DNA of 64,000 nucleotides from the human T2T-CHM13v2.0 reference genome, Homo sapiens, in assembly GCF_009914755.1 (NCBI RefSeq), contig NC_060931.1; one strand, 5' to 3'. This document shows, piece by piece, positions 13,462-25,023 of the stretch; positions within the stretch are counted from its first letter, which is position 1, and every line of letters begins with the position of its first letter. Made by a program: the position numbers and the translations under genes. Under the pieces are notes generated by a model that searched no databases, had not been told where the DNA came from, and saw nothing but the letters and a program-made list of their open reading frames with translations.

Positions 13462-13877
13462 GTCTCTTTGCCAGTGTTTTCATACCTGATCAATGTTCAG
13501 CAGCCCTCTTGGGGATTTCTGATAGTGGTGATTCACAATGTATCTGAGGCAGAAGTAGAGGGAAGGAAGACAGCGAAACATACAACGTCATCTTAGGGGA
13601 AAGTGAGGTTCTTTAGAGTCACTAGGATAGCTTGAGTAACATAAAGACTCATAACCACCTTTAGGATCCCCCTTTTTTTTTCTTCCGGTTTCTCTCCTTC
13701 TCTTGCCTAATTTCTTTGCCTGCAGAGTTGGACAAGTGTAACTCAGCACGGAGGCTCCTGTGCTACGGGTGTGAGCCGACATTCTCAGGCACTTTGGCGA
13801 TGAGCCTCATACACAAGTGAAGGCTTTAAGAAGTCCGAGGAAACTACTAGAGCTTGAACCAGTTTACACAAAAACAC

Positions 13878-13883
13878 TTTAAT
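13878..13883 (-). terminator. PODXL: PODXL poly(A) signal ATTAAA
   Basis: tttaat on + strand; AT-rich upstream context. Confidence 0.75.
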
Positions 13884-13972
13884 TGACAGTATACAATTTT
13901 CCAAAATATATTTTTGTAAGAAAATGCAATAATTATTAACTATAGTTTTTACAAACAAGTTTCTCAGTAAAT

Positions 13973-13997
13973 TCCAGTGTACTTCAGACCCCTGTCC
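13973..13997 (-). promoter_or_regulatory. miR-199-5p 8mer site with extended 3' complementarity
   Basis: mRNA GGACAGGGGUCUGAAGUACACUGGA contains ACACUGGA; miRNA sequence recalled from memory. Confidence 0.75.
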
Positions 13998-16752
13998 ACT
14001 AAGACATATATGATCCCCCAGTTCCTGGGCAAACTGTTGAACATTCACTGCAGACAAAAAGACCAACACCAAAGAGTCATCTGTGTCCTCCATGCTGTGT
14101 TTGCAGCAGACCTGAGGGATCAGCTAGTGACCGTGACAAAAGCTATGCTACAGTTTTACTCTTGCCCTCTCTGCCTCCCCCATCATGTTTCCTTGGTCCC
14201 TCAGTCCTGTTGGAGTAAGTTCCATATATAAAAGCTCATCCAAAACTTTGTTTCTTGGCAGAAAGAAAGAATTGTTCACTTACATCTTAAACCTAAATGA
14301 TTCAGAGAAAGTGTAGAAGACCAGTTCTTATGTTTGTGTTCATGCCCTCCCTAGCCTTGCTAGGGTAACAACTGGGAAAGGAATTCTGTCCTTTGTGTCA
14401 TTCTGGCACCTTCGAGTAGCAATTCTTAATTTACCGATTATTCCTTCTGAGGCGCACAGTCTGTGGATCCAGGTTTTAATCTTGTTTCTGTCCTGAACCA
14501 TGTGATTTTGAGGAAGTCACTTCATCTTTGTGAGCTTCAGATTATCTTTTTCTCTAGAAAAAGATTGGACTAGATCTTGAAATACCTTTCTCCATGACTA
14601 CAGGGTTGCCTGCCAACCAGAGCATATTGACTCCAACCTTTACTGAAATGGAGCTGTGACTTTGCTGGGGAGGGGGCAGGGTTGCATTTTAAAATTAAAA
14701 AAACAAAACAAAACACCTGATCTACAAGACAAATACTTTATCATAAGTTTGTCTTGTTATATTTCATTTTTTGTTTAAAAAAAAAAATCAAGCAAAAACT
14801 TGTCATTTCCAGTAAGACATTTACATTACTGTCCAGAGAAAAAACTTGGCCATCACTCAGCTAACATAATGCTTTTTCAAAGTATGTTCACTTAAAGCAG
14901 TGCAGGGTAGGTTAACATGGTCACTGTATTTACATTATCAAAAAAATATGTGTATATGTATCAGTTTGAACTTGTTCTTCAAAGTTTCTCCAGTATATTG
15001 TCAAAAAAGATAAAGCTCAAGAAGTGGTTTAAATAAACTTTCTGCTAGCTTTCCTTATCAAGCGGGAAAAAAATCTGGTGCCTAGACTAGATTAAACCCG
15101 TATTCTGTCTTACAACGCAAAGAATATTCTGTACCTCCTTCATAAGCTTTGCTGCCTGTCTCCCCACTGTCATGACAGTAGGCTTCCTAGTCATCATACT
15201 TGTGGTTTCTGGCCTCCTGTGCAGCTTGGGGAAACCACAGTTTACCACTGAAAGAGTTGATGATAAACTGTCTTTGCTACAACCTGTTTAAGTCATGCTG
15301 AGCTTCTAGTGTTCCTCTTACCTCTTCCCAGACCCAATGCTCTCTGAATTATCAGAGAGCATTTAGAACCCAGTAAAGGTGGCAGAAGATGATGACCTTT
15401 ATAGATGCATGGCTGTTTGGCCTGTTGACATAGGTGTCCTGGTGGCAAGAGCAAGGCAAGGTGTCAGATTCTGAAGCTGTCCTAAGCCTAGACTAACACA
15501 GTTTGGACGAATATAAAGCAGTAACCTCTGAATCAGCCCAGAGCCTCTCCGGGTTCTCCTTGGACAGAGCGATGGAGAGTCAGGAGAGTCAGGACCGACC
15601 TGGCCAGGCACTCCTGCTCTCTAGTCCTTGCCAGTCATCATCTGTCTCCAAGAGGCCATAGGGTTGCAGCCTTTGATTGATTTGCAGAGGCCTATTTGCT
15701 GTCTCCGTCAAAAGCCCTGGCTGGTGAAGTGTGACCCAGGATCAGCAAAGGAGGAATAATCCAGTCTGGCCTCTCCCACGGGACCACAACAGAAAACCTA
15801 CTGGGTGGAGAGAACCCAGCGCTGGGCAAGAAGGAAGCAAACACCTCACTCAAGCCTAACAAGATTTCCTGTTTTCCCCCAAACAGGCACTGTTCTCCAT
15901 CCTGCCCACCTCCAAACACTAGAGCATCGGGGCAGATGTTTTTGGAACTTGTTAGCCTCGCATCCCTCTAACTCCTGGGAAACTCGCTGGGGCCCTATGT
16001 GAACCCCTGGCCTTCCTTTTCCCCTAGGATATCAGATGGCTACAGACTGTGAGGAAGGAATTAGGCAGATGGTGCAGGACAGATCTTCCCCAGCCCCTCC
16101 CCCTACCCTTTTAAAAAGTAAGCCATCCCGAGTGGATAGCCTATTTCATCAGAGCTACTACAGCCGGAGCCTGACTCTTAAGACCCTGGAGGTGTGGCGT
16201 TTCACCCGAAAAATGGCAATTTCATTCCCCTAAGCAGTTCTGCCCATTTTCCTACTTGATCCCAGGGAATTTACGCCCAGAACGATGGAGACCATGGCGA
16301 AAGTTCAACATTCCACACAGGATTCCCCCTTCTCAATCAGATGAAACCTCACCATGCCCACTGCTTAGGAGCCTTCTACATGGCAGCTAACTGCCGAGCC
16401 CATAAAAGTCCTATATTGGGGAATAGACATAGCTTTGTGTTCCCCTGAGATGCCACCAGAAACTGCAAGAGAACCGCAGCAGCCCCACTAGGCTCACAGA
16501 GAAGAGGAACAGCAAGGCCTAGCTCCAGGCCAGGACAGTGGGACGTTCCCACAACAGTCTGTCCCCCAGGCTGCCCTTCATGCACCCAGCATGCACTGCG
16601 CTTTCCAGGCCCTCTTTTCCTGTGGCACAGGAGAATCAGAGTGAGTGAGATGAGCTAACTGGACGTCTGCCAACTGTCTGAGCTTTTGGCCTTTGGCAGT
16701 GGAGGGCTGGGTTAGAAAACAACTATAACAAAACTCTCAGCAACTTGAAATG

Positions 16753-16760
16753 TCCCTGAG
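16753..16760 (-). promoter_or_regulatory. miR-125-5p 8mer site (CUCAGGGA) in the PODXL 3' UTR
   Basis: tccctgag on + strand; a second 7mer-m8 lies at 16443-16449. Confidence 0.5.
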
Positions 16761-17902
16761 TTTCCTATGATATACAGGGGAAAGCCTGTCCTTCCTGGCT
16801 GCTTTAATGGATTGTCTCTGAAGACACATCGCTGATGGGGGGCCCCGGGAAGGCCTCTCCTGCAGCCACTGCTCTTTCATACTGGGTCTCAGGGAATCAC
16901 TCCCATCAGCTGAGCAGTGAACAACAAAAGGAACACGCTGCTCTCACTAGCTACAGCAGATTTTAGTCCCTGGTGGAAATGGAAGCCCAAAGAAGATCGT
17001 GGGTGGCCTCTGCAAGGAGTGCCAGGGGCAATGGGCCAGTGTTCCTGCTGACCCCTCATCAGCTGCCCTGAGATACCAGCCTGGACTCGAGTGTCCCCTT
17101 CTCTCCTCACCTGCACGCAGGTCCCCTAAGCAGACCTGGTTCACGCACGGAGACCTGTGTGGGTTAAGCCCCCATCTCACGAAGCAAATGTGAGAAAATC
17201 CGAATCCAGAACAAGGGGTTCAAGGTTATGAATAACCTGTGCTAATCCCAGAGGCCCCAGGACAGAGTAAGTGGGAACAAACACTGAGTGTAGGGAGGGG
17301 TAAGAACATAGAGGGTGGGAAGATGGGTACACGAGGCTGGGGTAGGAGAAGGAAAACTTGGGAGCTGGACTTTCAGGTCGTCAGATCCCACCGAGCCAGG
17401 ATGTAGCCCTGCCCTCCTTTCCAGCCCAGCCACCTGCTGGAGTTTCACCCCTGCCCGGGACTGCTCTGGACGGAAGGCACATGTGAACACAGCAGTGTGG
17501 CATGGTGCAAATGGAATCTTTGTTCTCATCCTGGCTCTGTCACCAAGTGGCTCTGACCTTGGGCAAGTCACTTACCCTCTTCAGGTCTCGGCAATCTCAC
17601 TGCAGAATGAAGGGATTCCACTAGTTCATCTATAAAGTCCCTTACGTGGCTTTTTCTTGATCTCCCTCATCATCCAGCAGCACTGAGCTCAGGCACTAGT
17701 GGGTTATTTTACAAGAGGAATCTGGACAGAATGTGATTTGTTCAGGTTGAAAAGGGAAAAATTAAGGCCCTGGGGGGATTGGGAGGGGACACCCCTCGGA
17801 GTTCACTCTCCCTCCCCAGTCTTTCCCTTCCCCATCCAAACGGCACTTGGGGTGGTTGGTCTGGAGCTCTGTGGTGCTGCTGGAGGCCACCGGCAGACCG
17901 GA

Positions 17903-18100
17903 CTAGAGGTGTGTGTCTTCCTCCTCATCCAGGTCGTCCTTGGTCAGGTTGTCCAGAGGGACGATCCAGCTGTCCCCCAGCTCCCCGTTGAGGCTGACCA
18001 CCTTCTTCTCCTGCATCTCAGAAGAGGTCTCCATCACTTCCAGTGTTGGGTTGTCATGGTAACCATTCTCCACTGTCTGCAGCTCCTCTGTTAGCCGCTG
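17903..18100 (-). CDS. PODXL: Podocalyxin exon 9 coding part, cytoplasmic tail ending in the PDZ-binding DTHL*
   Basis: Acceptor ctctag|CAG; reads [37 protein letters not shown] then TAG at 17905-17903 (CD34-family tail). Confidence 0.96.
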   Translation of the reverse strand, partial: QRLTEELQTVENGYHDNPTLEVMETSSEMQEKKVVSLNGELGDSWIVPLDNLTKDDLDEEEDTHL

Positions 18101-18576
18101 CTAGAGTGGGGAAGGTGACCGGTGAGAAGGGGGTTTCAGAGGGCTCTGAGCTTAATACAGCGCATGTACGTACCCCTCCCACTCAGGAGCCCCACTGTAG
18201 CTAAAGCAGGCCCTCATTGCTCGCCTGTGGGGCTGGCTGCTCCTGGTGGTCATTCTGGCTCTCAGCCTGCCCGGAACTAGTTGGGAACAAAGACTTGCCC
18301 CTCACCCTCACCCTGGTGGCAGAACCTGTGAAGTTAGTGGAGATGGACTTTGTTCTCCAGAGTCCTCTAAGCTCTCTCCTCCCCTTCATCCCTTCCCCCA
18401 AAACCTCCTCTCCAGGCACCTACCTCACCTATCATAATGAATGGGAAAAACACTATTAAAAAATGACCTCTCTCGGGCTGGGTGACTGAGCCCTCAAGCC
18501 TGGGCAGGATGGGTACGGTGTCTCTAGAATCATCCCTGCGGCAGACAGCAGCCATCTGGCAGAGGCGCTTTCTGTC

Positions 18577-18736
18577 CCTCTCAAACACAACCTTGAGTGT
18601 ATGCTAGAATCACCTGGGGAGCTTTTAACAACTACACTGATGGACTCAGAGATTGTTTGAATTGGTGTGGGAGGCAGTCAGGCAAGGGAATTTTTCTAAA
18701 GTTCCCCACGGTGTGCAGGCAGGAGTGAGAACCACA
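18577..18736. mobile_element. MER5A-like hAT-Charlie element
   Basis: agaatcacctggggagctttt..gtgagaaccac signature. Confidence 0.65.
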
Positions 18737-18956
18737 GGGTCTGGGTGGCACCATCATGGCGAGAATTCTAGTAAGGTAGGCAGAAGAATTTTTGGTTAGA
18801 CAGAACACCTAGGCCTGCTTCTATCAATGAATCCTCAGACCAGCTCTGCAAGGAGGTTATCCCTGCTGTGCAGATGAGGAACCTGATGCCCAAAGAGCTC
18901 ATCTGACTGACTTCCTCAAGGTCAGGGCCAGGACTAACCAAGTCTCCCTGACTCCA

Positions 18957-19241
18957 GTCCAGGCGTGGTGACTCACACCTGTAATCCCAGCACTTTGGGA
19001 GGCTGAGGCAGGCGGATTGCTTGAGGTCAGGAGTTCGAGACTAGCCTGGCCAACATGGCGAAACCCCATCTCTAGTAAAAATACAAAAATTAGGCGGGCG
19101 TGGTGGTGGGCACCTGTAATCCCAGCTACTGGGGAGGCTGAGGCACAAGAATCACTTGAGGTTGCAGTGGGTGACACCAGCCTGGGTGACAGAGCAAGAC
19201 CCTGTCTGAAAAAAATAATAATAATAAAATAAAAAATAAAT
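18957..19241 (+). mobile_element. AluS with right-arm deletions, inserted in a MIR in PODXL intron 8
   Basis: TSD aagtctccctgactcca / aagtcttcccgactcca (18940-18956, 19242-19258). Confidence 0.92.
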
Positions 19242-19459
19242 AAGTCTTCCCGACTCCAAAGCCCACGCTCTGTCCTCTGCCACGCTGCCTCTGTAATGCT
19301 CTGTGGACTGAGGCGGCTGCCTATCAGGGGTGGCCTCTGCCTGTTAGAAAGGGTCCAGGGCCTGCTCCCTTTCCTCTTCTGCAACTCGGGAATCACGAGG
19401 GGAGGGTTCCTCTGGTGACCTGGGCTGCTTCCCCTGTGTGGCTGCAAACAGCTGCTTAC

Positions 19460-19627
19460 CTGGTCCTTCCTCTGGGAGAGGCGCTGGTGGCAGCAGCCAT
19501 AGAGGGCCGCCACGAGGAGCAGGAATGATGCCATGCAGACGATGGTGATGATGAGGGGCATGCTGAAGCGGTCCTCGGCCTCCTCCGGTGGCCCCTGGTC
19601 CCCTAGCTTCATGTCACTGACCCCTGC
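19460..19627 (-). CDS. PODXL: Podocalyxin exon 8: stalk, transmembrane helix ([23 protein letters not shown]) and juxtamembrane HQRLS
   Basis: Acceptor cccatgcag|GCA, donor CAG|gtaagc, 168 nt. Confidence 0.96.
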
Positions 19628-19851
19628 CTGCATGGGAAGTGGCAGAGAACAGGCTGGGGGCATCCTCTCTCCCTCAGCCCCCGGCTTCACTGTAGAGCCC
19701 CTCCGCTTGCAGTCTGCTAGGGTCCGTGCCGCCGCCCTCTTCTACATGCAGGCACATGACGGGGTTCCTCCCCACAGAGAGAGGGGAGTAACCAGACCTC
19801 CCACAAGGGGCTTCGGAGCCACTCTGTCCCCACACTTGGGGGGCCGCTTAC

Positions 19852-19913
19852 CTCCTTTAGTTCATCCCATTTGTCCTTCAGCCGCTCGTACACATCCTTG
19901 GCAGGGAGCTTAG
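19852..19913 (-). CDS. PODXL: Podocalyxin exon 7 (KLPAKDVYERLKDKWDELKE)
   Basis: Acceptor ctctcccacag|CT, donor GAG|gtaagc, 62 nt. Confidence 0.95.
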
Positions 19914-20170
19914 CTGTGGGAGAGGGAGACGATGCCCAATGGCCCAGCCCAGAGCGAGGCAGTGGGGGACGGGGACTGCGCCCCAAGAGAGGGACGCACC
20001 GTATCTCAGTCTCCTGAGTGTCTCTCGGGTGACCTGGGAGGGGGTGTGGCTTGACAGTTCTTAGGGAACTGAAGGGGCACCACTGTGACCCACCCTCCAA
20101 TGTGGCTTCTGCATGCCCCCCATTCCCACCCATGCAGGCCCCAGCCCAGGCCCCCTTGCCCTCCACTCAC

Positions 20171-20318
20171 TGTGAATAGTGATTTCTTTGACGACCACGG
20201 TCTGACTTCCTGGAACAGATGCCAGCCGTATGCCGCACTTATCTTGGGCCGGGTTGAAGGTGGCTTTGACTGCTCGGCATATCAGTGAGATCAATTTCTC
20301 ATCCGAAGCGCCCCCTGC
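20171..20318 (-). CDS. PODXL: Podocalyxin exon 6 (AGGASDEKLISLICRAVK..KEITIH), Cys-containing globular domain
   Basis: Acceptor ccatag|GCA, donor A|gtgagt, 148 nt. Confidence 0.95.
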
Positions 20319-22010
20319 CTATGGTGGGGAGAGCGCAGGTGACTCCGCGGGGAGCGTGACAGCAGCCTAGGCCTGTGGGGCTGCCCTCCCAGCTAAGGTC
20401 GGGACAGTGCTGTTGCTGTGCTAGAACCTGCCTCCCTCTCTAGCCCCAGCTGGTGCTCCACGCAGGCCTGCCAGGAATCAAGGGTTGCATGCTGTTCTCC
20501 TGGGCCAGTTCCTGCCTCCTCTGTCTCGTTCCCATCAGCCCGTTCTCCGCACTGTGTTTATCTGGTCTACGCTTGCACCTTTCATTCCTTTCACCCTAGT
20601 GCCTCTTTTTTCCCTCCAAGCTGTTTGCGGATTGGGGGTTGTTTTCATCTCCCTCCCTAGAACGGGCTAGAGAGGGGGCACTGCACAGCAACCCTACCCC
20701 ACAGCCCGCAGGGAGACTCCAATTCCCCCTAAACTCCCATTCACCAGCCTTTCATGCCCAGTTCGGAGAAATCAGGTGGGGAGGCTGCAGCTCTCAGCAG
20801 AAGGGTCTCTACCCCCAAAGCTGAAATACATGTGCCCTTGCCCTAGGCAGAGCCTCTGGCTCTGAAGCCACGGACAGGCTGACAGGGAAGGGGCTCCACT
20901 GAGTAGGGGAACAGGTGGGATCTTGAAGCTACCCCTAGGATATCTTGGAGGGGGTCTTATTTAGCTCTAAGAACAAAGATTGTGGCTGACGTGGCTTTAG
21001 AGCTGAGGATGAGGGGAGAAGTGTGGGCAGCATGTATCCAGTCCTCCCATGCCATCTAGGGGCACCCCTCCCTGGGGCTTCTCTGACCTGATTCTGGAAT
21101 AAATGACTAAGACAAAGAAAAGGACTCTAGGGATAGCTTAGCACAGAACCCATACAAACCACCCCTAAGGTTTCTACCAGAATTTCCTTAGGCTTAGTAA
21201 TTCCCCACCCTGACATCAGGAAGGGATCCAGGGTTTTCCATCTTCCTTTTCTAGCAAAGGGGGAAAAAAAAAAAAGTGTCTCACAAACAATCACACAGCC
21301 TACCAAGCTACATCCAAAAAGAGGGTCTGAGGAAAGGCTGGGCGGGCACCTGACTGTCCCCAGAGCCCATATCATGCAATGCCTGCCTTGTCCAATAAGC
21401 CCAGCCCTAGGAGAGCACTGCTCCCTTTTAAAACTCTGGTCTAGATGTAGGCTTTTGTAAAGTTCACTTGGAAAATGCCGGCATAATGGACACCCAAAAG
21501 AAAACAACTGCAGAAAATTCAGGCAGCATTAAAGTGTTGTAAGCCCAAATTCTCCATCCTATCTATAGACACCGTGTTCAGGTCTGTTCTAGTTCTAGTT
21601 CCTAGGGGGTGGCTGCAAAAAACCGGCACTGACCGGGAGAGGGCAGCAGTGAGCCAGCCATCTCCAGCACCCGCCGCGCTCGGCAGTTATTTACTGAGTG
21701 TGCACAGCGCACACTCCCCAGACCAAAGCCTTTGGACCCATGGAGACCGGTGGCCTGAAGGCTGCTCACACACTGCTACCTCCCTCACACAGGTGTGCTC
21801 ACACGCACGCTCACCACCCAGACTGGAGAAATGCTGGCAGTGGCTCCTGCATTCCTGGGCCCTTTTCTCTCCCACCCATCCCATCAGCTCCTCAGGTTAG
21901 AGGGAGAATCTCCCAGCACTGTTCGTCCATCAAGGCTCTCAGATAGTCCACAGACCAGGAAATGTGAAGCCACAGACGATTAAAGCAGACAGACTACACC
22001 TCTCATTTTC

Positions 22011-22150
22011 TCTTGCTTTTCTTTTCTTTCTGTAAAAACAGGGTCTTCCTATGTTTCCCAGGCTGGTCTTGAACTTCTGGCCTCAAGCAAACTTCCTGCC
22101 TCAGCTTCTCAAAGTGTTGGGATTACAGGTGTAAGCCACCACACCTGGCC
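22011..22150 (-). mobile_element. FLAM/Alu left monomer, PODXL intron 5
   Basis: Monomer flanked by TSD cacctctcattttc. Confidence 0.88.
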
Positions 22151-22544
22151 TCACCTCTCATTTTCAATTGAGACATCTGAAACCCAAAGAGATCAACTCA
22201 CCAAAGTCACTCCCAGAGCTAGGGGCAAACAGGAACTAGGATCAGGGTCCCTCAACTCAGCATACTGGAAATAGTCACACAGTGAAAGCCGAGGAAACCG
22301 GGGGGTGGGAGGGGGGGGTTCAGTCCTGTGGGTGTGTCCTGACTTAGAGAAGTCTTAAACCTTGGTCTGTTGCTCTGTAAGATGGGAAAGGACCACTTCC
22401 TACTAGGAAGAAATGAGGGCCGGAAAGCAAATGCACCTTAGAAAGATGTTTAAAAATGCACCTAGAAAGAACATACATTCCCTCTCCCTCCCTCAGCCCT
22501 GCTGTGAGCCTGCACCTGGCGGCTCAGATCAGCAAGCTACTCAC

Positions 22545-22622
22545 ACAGAGGGTGTTTCCTGTGAGGTTCAGGACGAGCTGCTTCTCACTCTGTGTCTGTG
22601 TCTCAAGATCCTCACACTTTGC
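22545..22622 (-). CDS. PODXL: Podocalyxin exon 5 (AKCEDLETQTQSEKQLVLNLTGNTLC)
   Basis: Acceptor cttcttccag|GCA, donor TGT|gtgagt, 78 nt; not in the ORF track, read by hand. Confidence 0.93.
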
Positions 22623-22958
22623 CTGGAAGAAGCCACTGAGATTAAGGTTTGGGCTAATAGTCATGGAATCTTTGACATTTCCCCCCAACTAAGGGGTGAC
22701 CCAGATAGGAAAGAGTTCACGGCAAGCTGGAGGCATGGCTGGACCCATTCCAGAGCCAGGTATGTCCTGGCTGCGTGGCTTGAGGGCAGCTCAAGCCAGG
22801 ACCAGGCTAACCAGGGAGAGGGAGGAGGGAATGGGTAAGTGCTGCTCAAAGCCCCAGCCAGGGGCCCTGCGTTGGAGGAAAGAACAGAAAACCTTGTCTT
22901 AAAGCCTCTTCTACCCGAGTCTGGGTTCTCCTACTTGCCCCACCCCTGCTGGAGTTAC

Positions 22959-23179
22959 CCAGTTACTCTCATGAGCCACAGTGGGAGAAGGTGTTTTGGG
23001 GTATCGGTGGGTAGTTGATGCTGCTGTGGGGCTGGAGCTCATGGTCTCTGGCAGGGTAGGTGTTCTCAATGCCGTTGCCGGGCTCGTGGGCTGCACTGTC
23101 TCCTGGGAGGAAGGGGCCGTAGAGCTGGCTGGCATCTGACTGGAGGTCTGTTGAGTTCTTTGCGAGATAACCGATGACG
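22959..23179 (-). CDS. PODXL: Podocalyxin exon 4 (SSVISQRTQQ..VAHESNW)
   Basis: Acceptor gacag|CG, donor TGG|gtaact, 221 nt. Confidence 0.95.
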
Positions 23180-23713
23180 CTGTCATTGGGAAAACGAGGG
23201 TAATGAGAAAAGATGAGTGCACCCTTGCGAGAAGAGGACAATCTTTTCTTGCTCTAATAGTTTTCCCAGGTTCTTTGGTCTTACCTCCCACAGAGACGGA
23301 AGAAGTGGACTCCTATGACAAGCCAGTGGAATAACCCGGCAAAGTCACAGCAGCCGCAGCAAACGTTCACTGAGCACTTAACTTTGTGCAAGGGACTGGG
23401 TGCCTCAAAGGTACTTTCCTACTGAATCCTCACAATCCTCTGGGGAAGGAATCGGCATCATCCCTATTTCATAAACAAGGAAACTGAGGCTCCGAGGGGC
23501 TCAGTGATTTGCCCGAGTTCCTGTGCCAACAATGGCAGGGCAGGGATTCGAAGCCAGGATTATCTCAGCCGGAGCCCGCACTCCTACTGTGTGGCACCCT
23601 CCTGTGGAGCGGTGGCCTGCTGACTTCAGACCATATGCCTCTGATATGCAGCAACATCACCAGGAGCGCTCAGAAACTCTGGGTCCACAGGTCTGAGATG
23701 GGCCATGATCCTA

Positions 23714-24126
<413 letters not shown>

Positions 24127-24149
24127 GGTATGAAATAGAAACTATTCCC

Positions 24150-24349
24150 CTCTCAGGTTCAAGCAATTCTCCTGCCTCAGCCTCCTGAGTAGCTGGGATT
24201 ACAGGCGCCTGCCACCATACCCAGCTAATGTTTGTATTTTTAGTAGAGACAGGGTTTCGCCATGTTGGCCAGGCTGGTCTCGAACTCCTGACCTCAGGTG
24301 ATCCACCTGTCTCGGCCTCCCAAAGTGCTGGGATTACAAGGCATGAGCC
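24150..24349 (-). mobile_element. Truncated AluS, inverted relative to the exonized Alu
   Basis: Left arm plus part of right arm, ~25 nt from the neighbouring Alu tail. Confidence 0.93.
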
Positions 24350-24417
24350 TTTTCAGAGCCATCACTCCTGGCCCTGAAAAGTTTCTTGGTGCTTGAAGAA
24401 AACCAGGCATTACTTAC

Positions 24418-25023
24418 GTAGGGTGGTGGTCATCCCCGGGCTTGTGAAGGTGTAGCCAGGGATAGCCACAGTGCTTGAACTGCTTGAAATTTTCATAAGA
24501 TGGTCATGTCCCGAGCTTGTTGGGGTGGCCACAGGATGCGTCAAAGTGGGTTGTCGGGGGCTAAGTGGACTTGTAGGGTGAGGGGTCGTCAGATGTTCTG
24601 CCTTAGTGGATGTGAGGTCTGTGGTCACACTGTGGCTGCTTTTCCCCCCAGAGTTTGTTGTATCTTCTGCTCCATTCTGGCTGCTTGTGGTGTTAGGTTT
24701 AGCTGTGGCTGTGGAGGTTGCAACTGTAGTGGTGTCTGCACTTTTTGTGCTCTTGGGGCTCTCGATGGTGGTAGTAGGGTTGCCTGAGCTGCCTCCTCTA
24801 GCCACGGTAGTGTTGACTGGGCCTGAGACTTGCTGAGCCAGGGTTGTAGTCCCCGGTGAGTCACTGGATACACCAAGGGTGGTCGCCTTGACCGAGGCCA
24901 AGATTTCGTTGGCCTTGGAAGTGGGGACTGTGCTCTGCTGGGCTGTATCTGTAGCCATGATGGTGACACTGGATGCTGGAGTCGGTGCTGTTTTGTTAGA
25001 TGAGTCCGTAGTAGTCTGGGTTG
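24418..25023 (-). CDS. PODXL: Podocalyxin exon 2, S/T-rich mucin domain (ATQTTTDSSNKT..PGMTTTL)
   Basis: Acceptor tttacaaacag|CA, donor C|gtaagt, 606 nt, phase 1-1. Confidence 0.96.

Larger units (their letters stand above)
13857..17902 (-). other. PODXL: PODXL 3' UTR (about 4 kb)
   Basis: Follows the stop codon, Alu-free, ends shortly after ATTAAA; 3' end approximate. Confidence 0.85.

Noticed and set aside
13116-13596. Overlapping ORFs with YIYI/THTH/CVCV runs
   Set aside because: Translations of the (TA)n(CA)n microsatellite
17699-18094. 131-aa + strand ORF
   Set aside because: Antisense shadow of PODXL exon 9
22300-22318. G6-T-G3-A-G8 tract in intron 5
   Set aside because: On the template strand of PODXL, so not in the RNA, and no other supporting context
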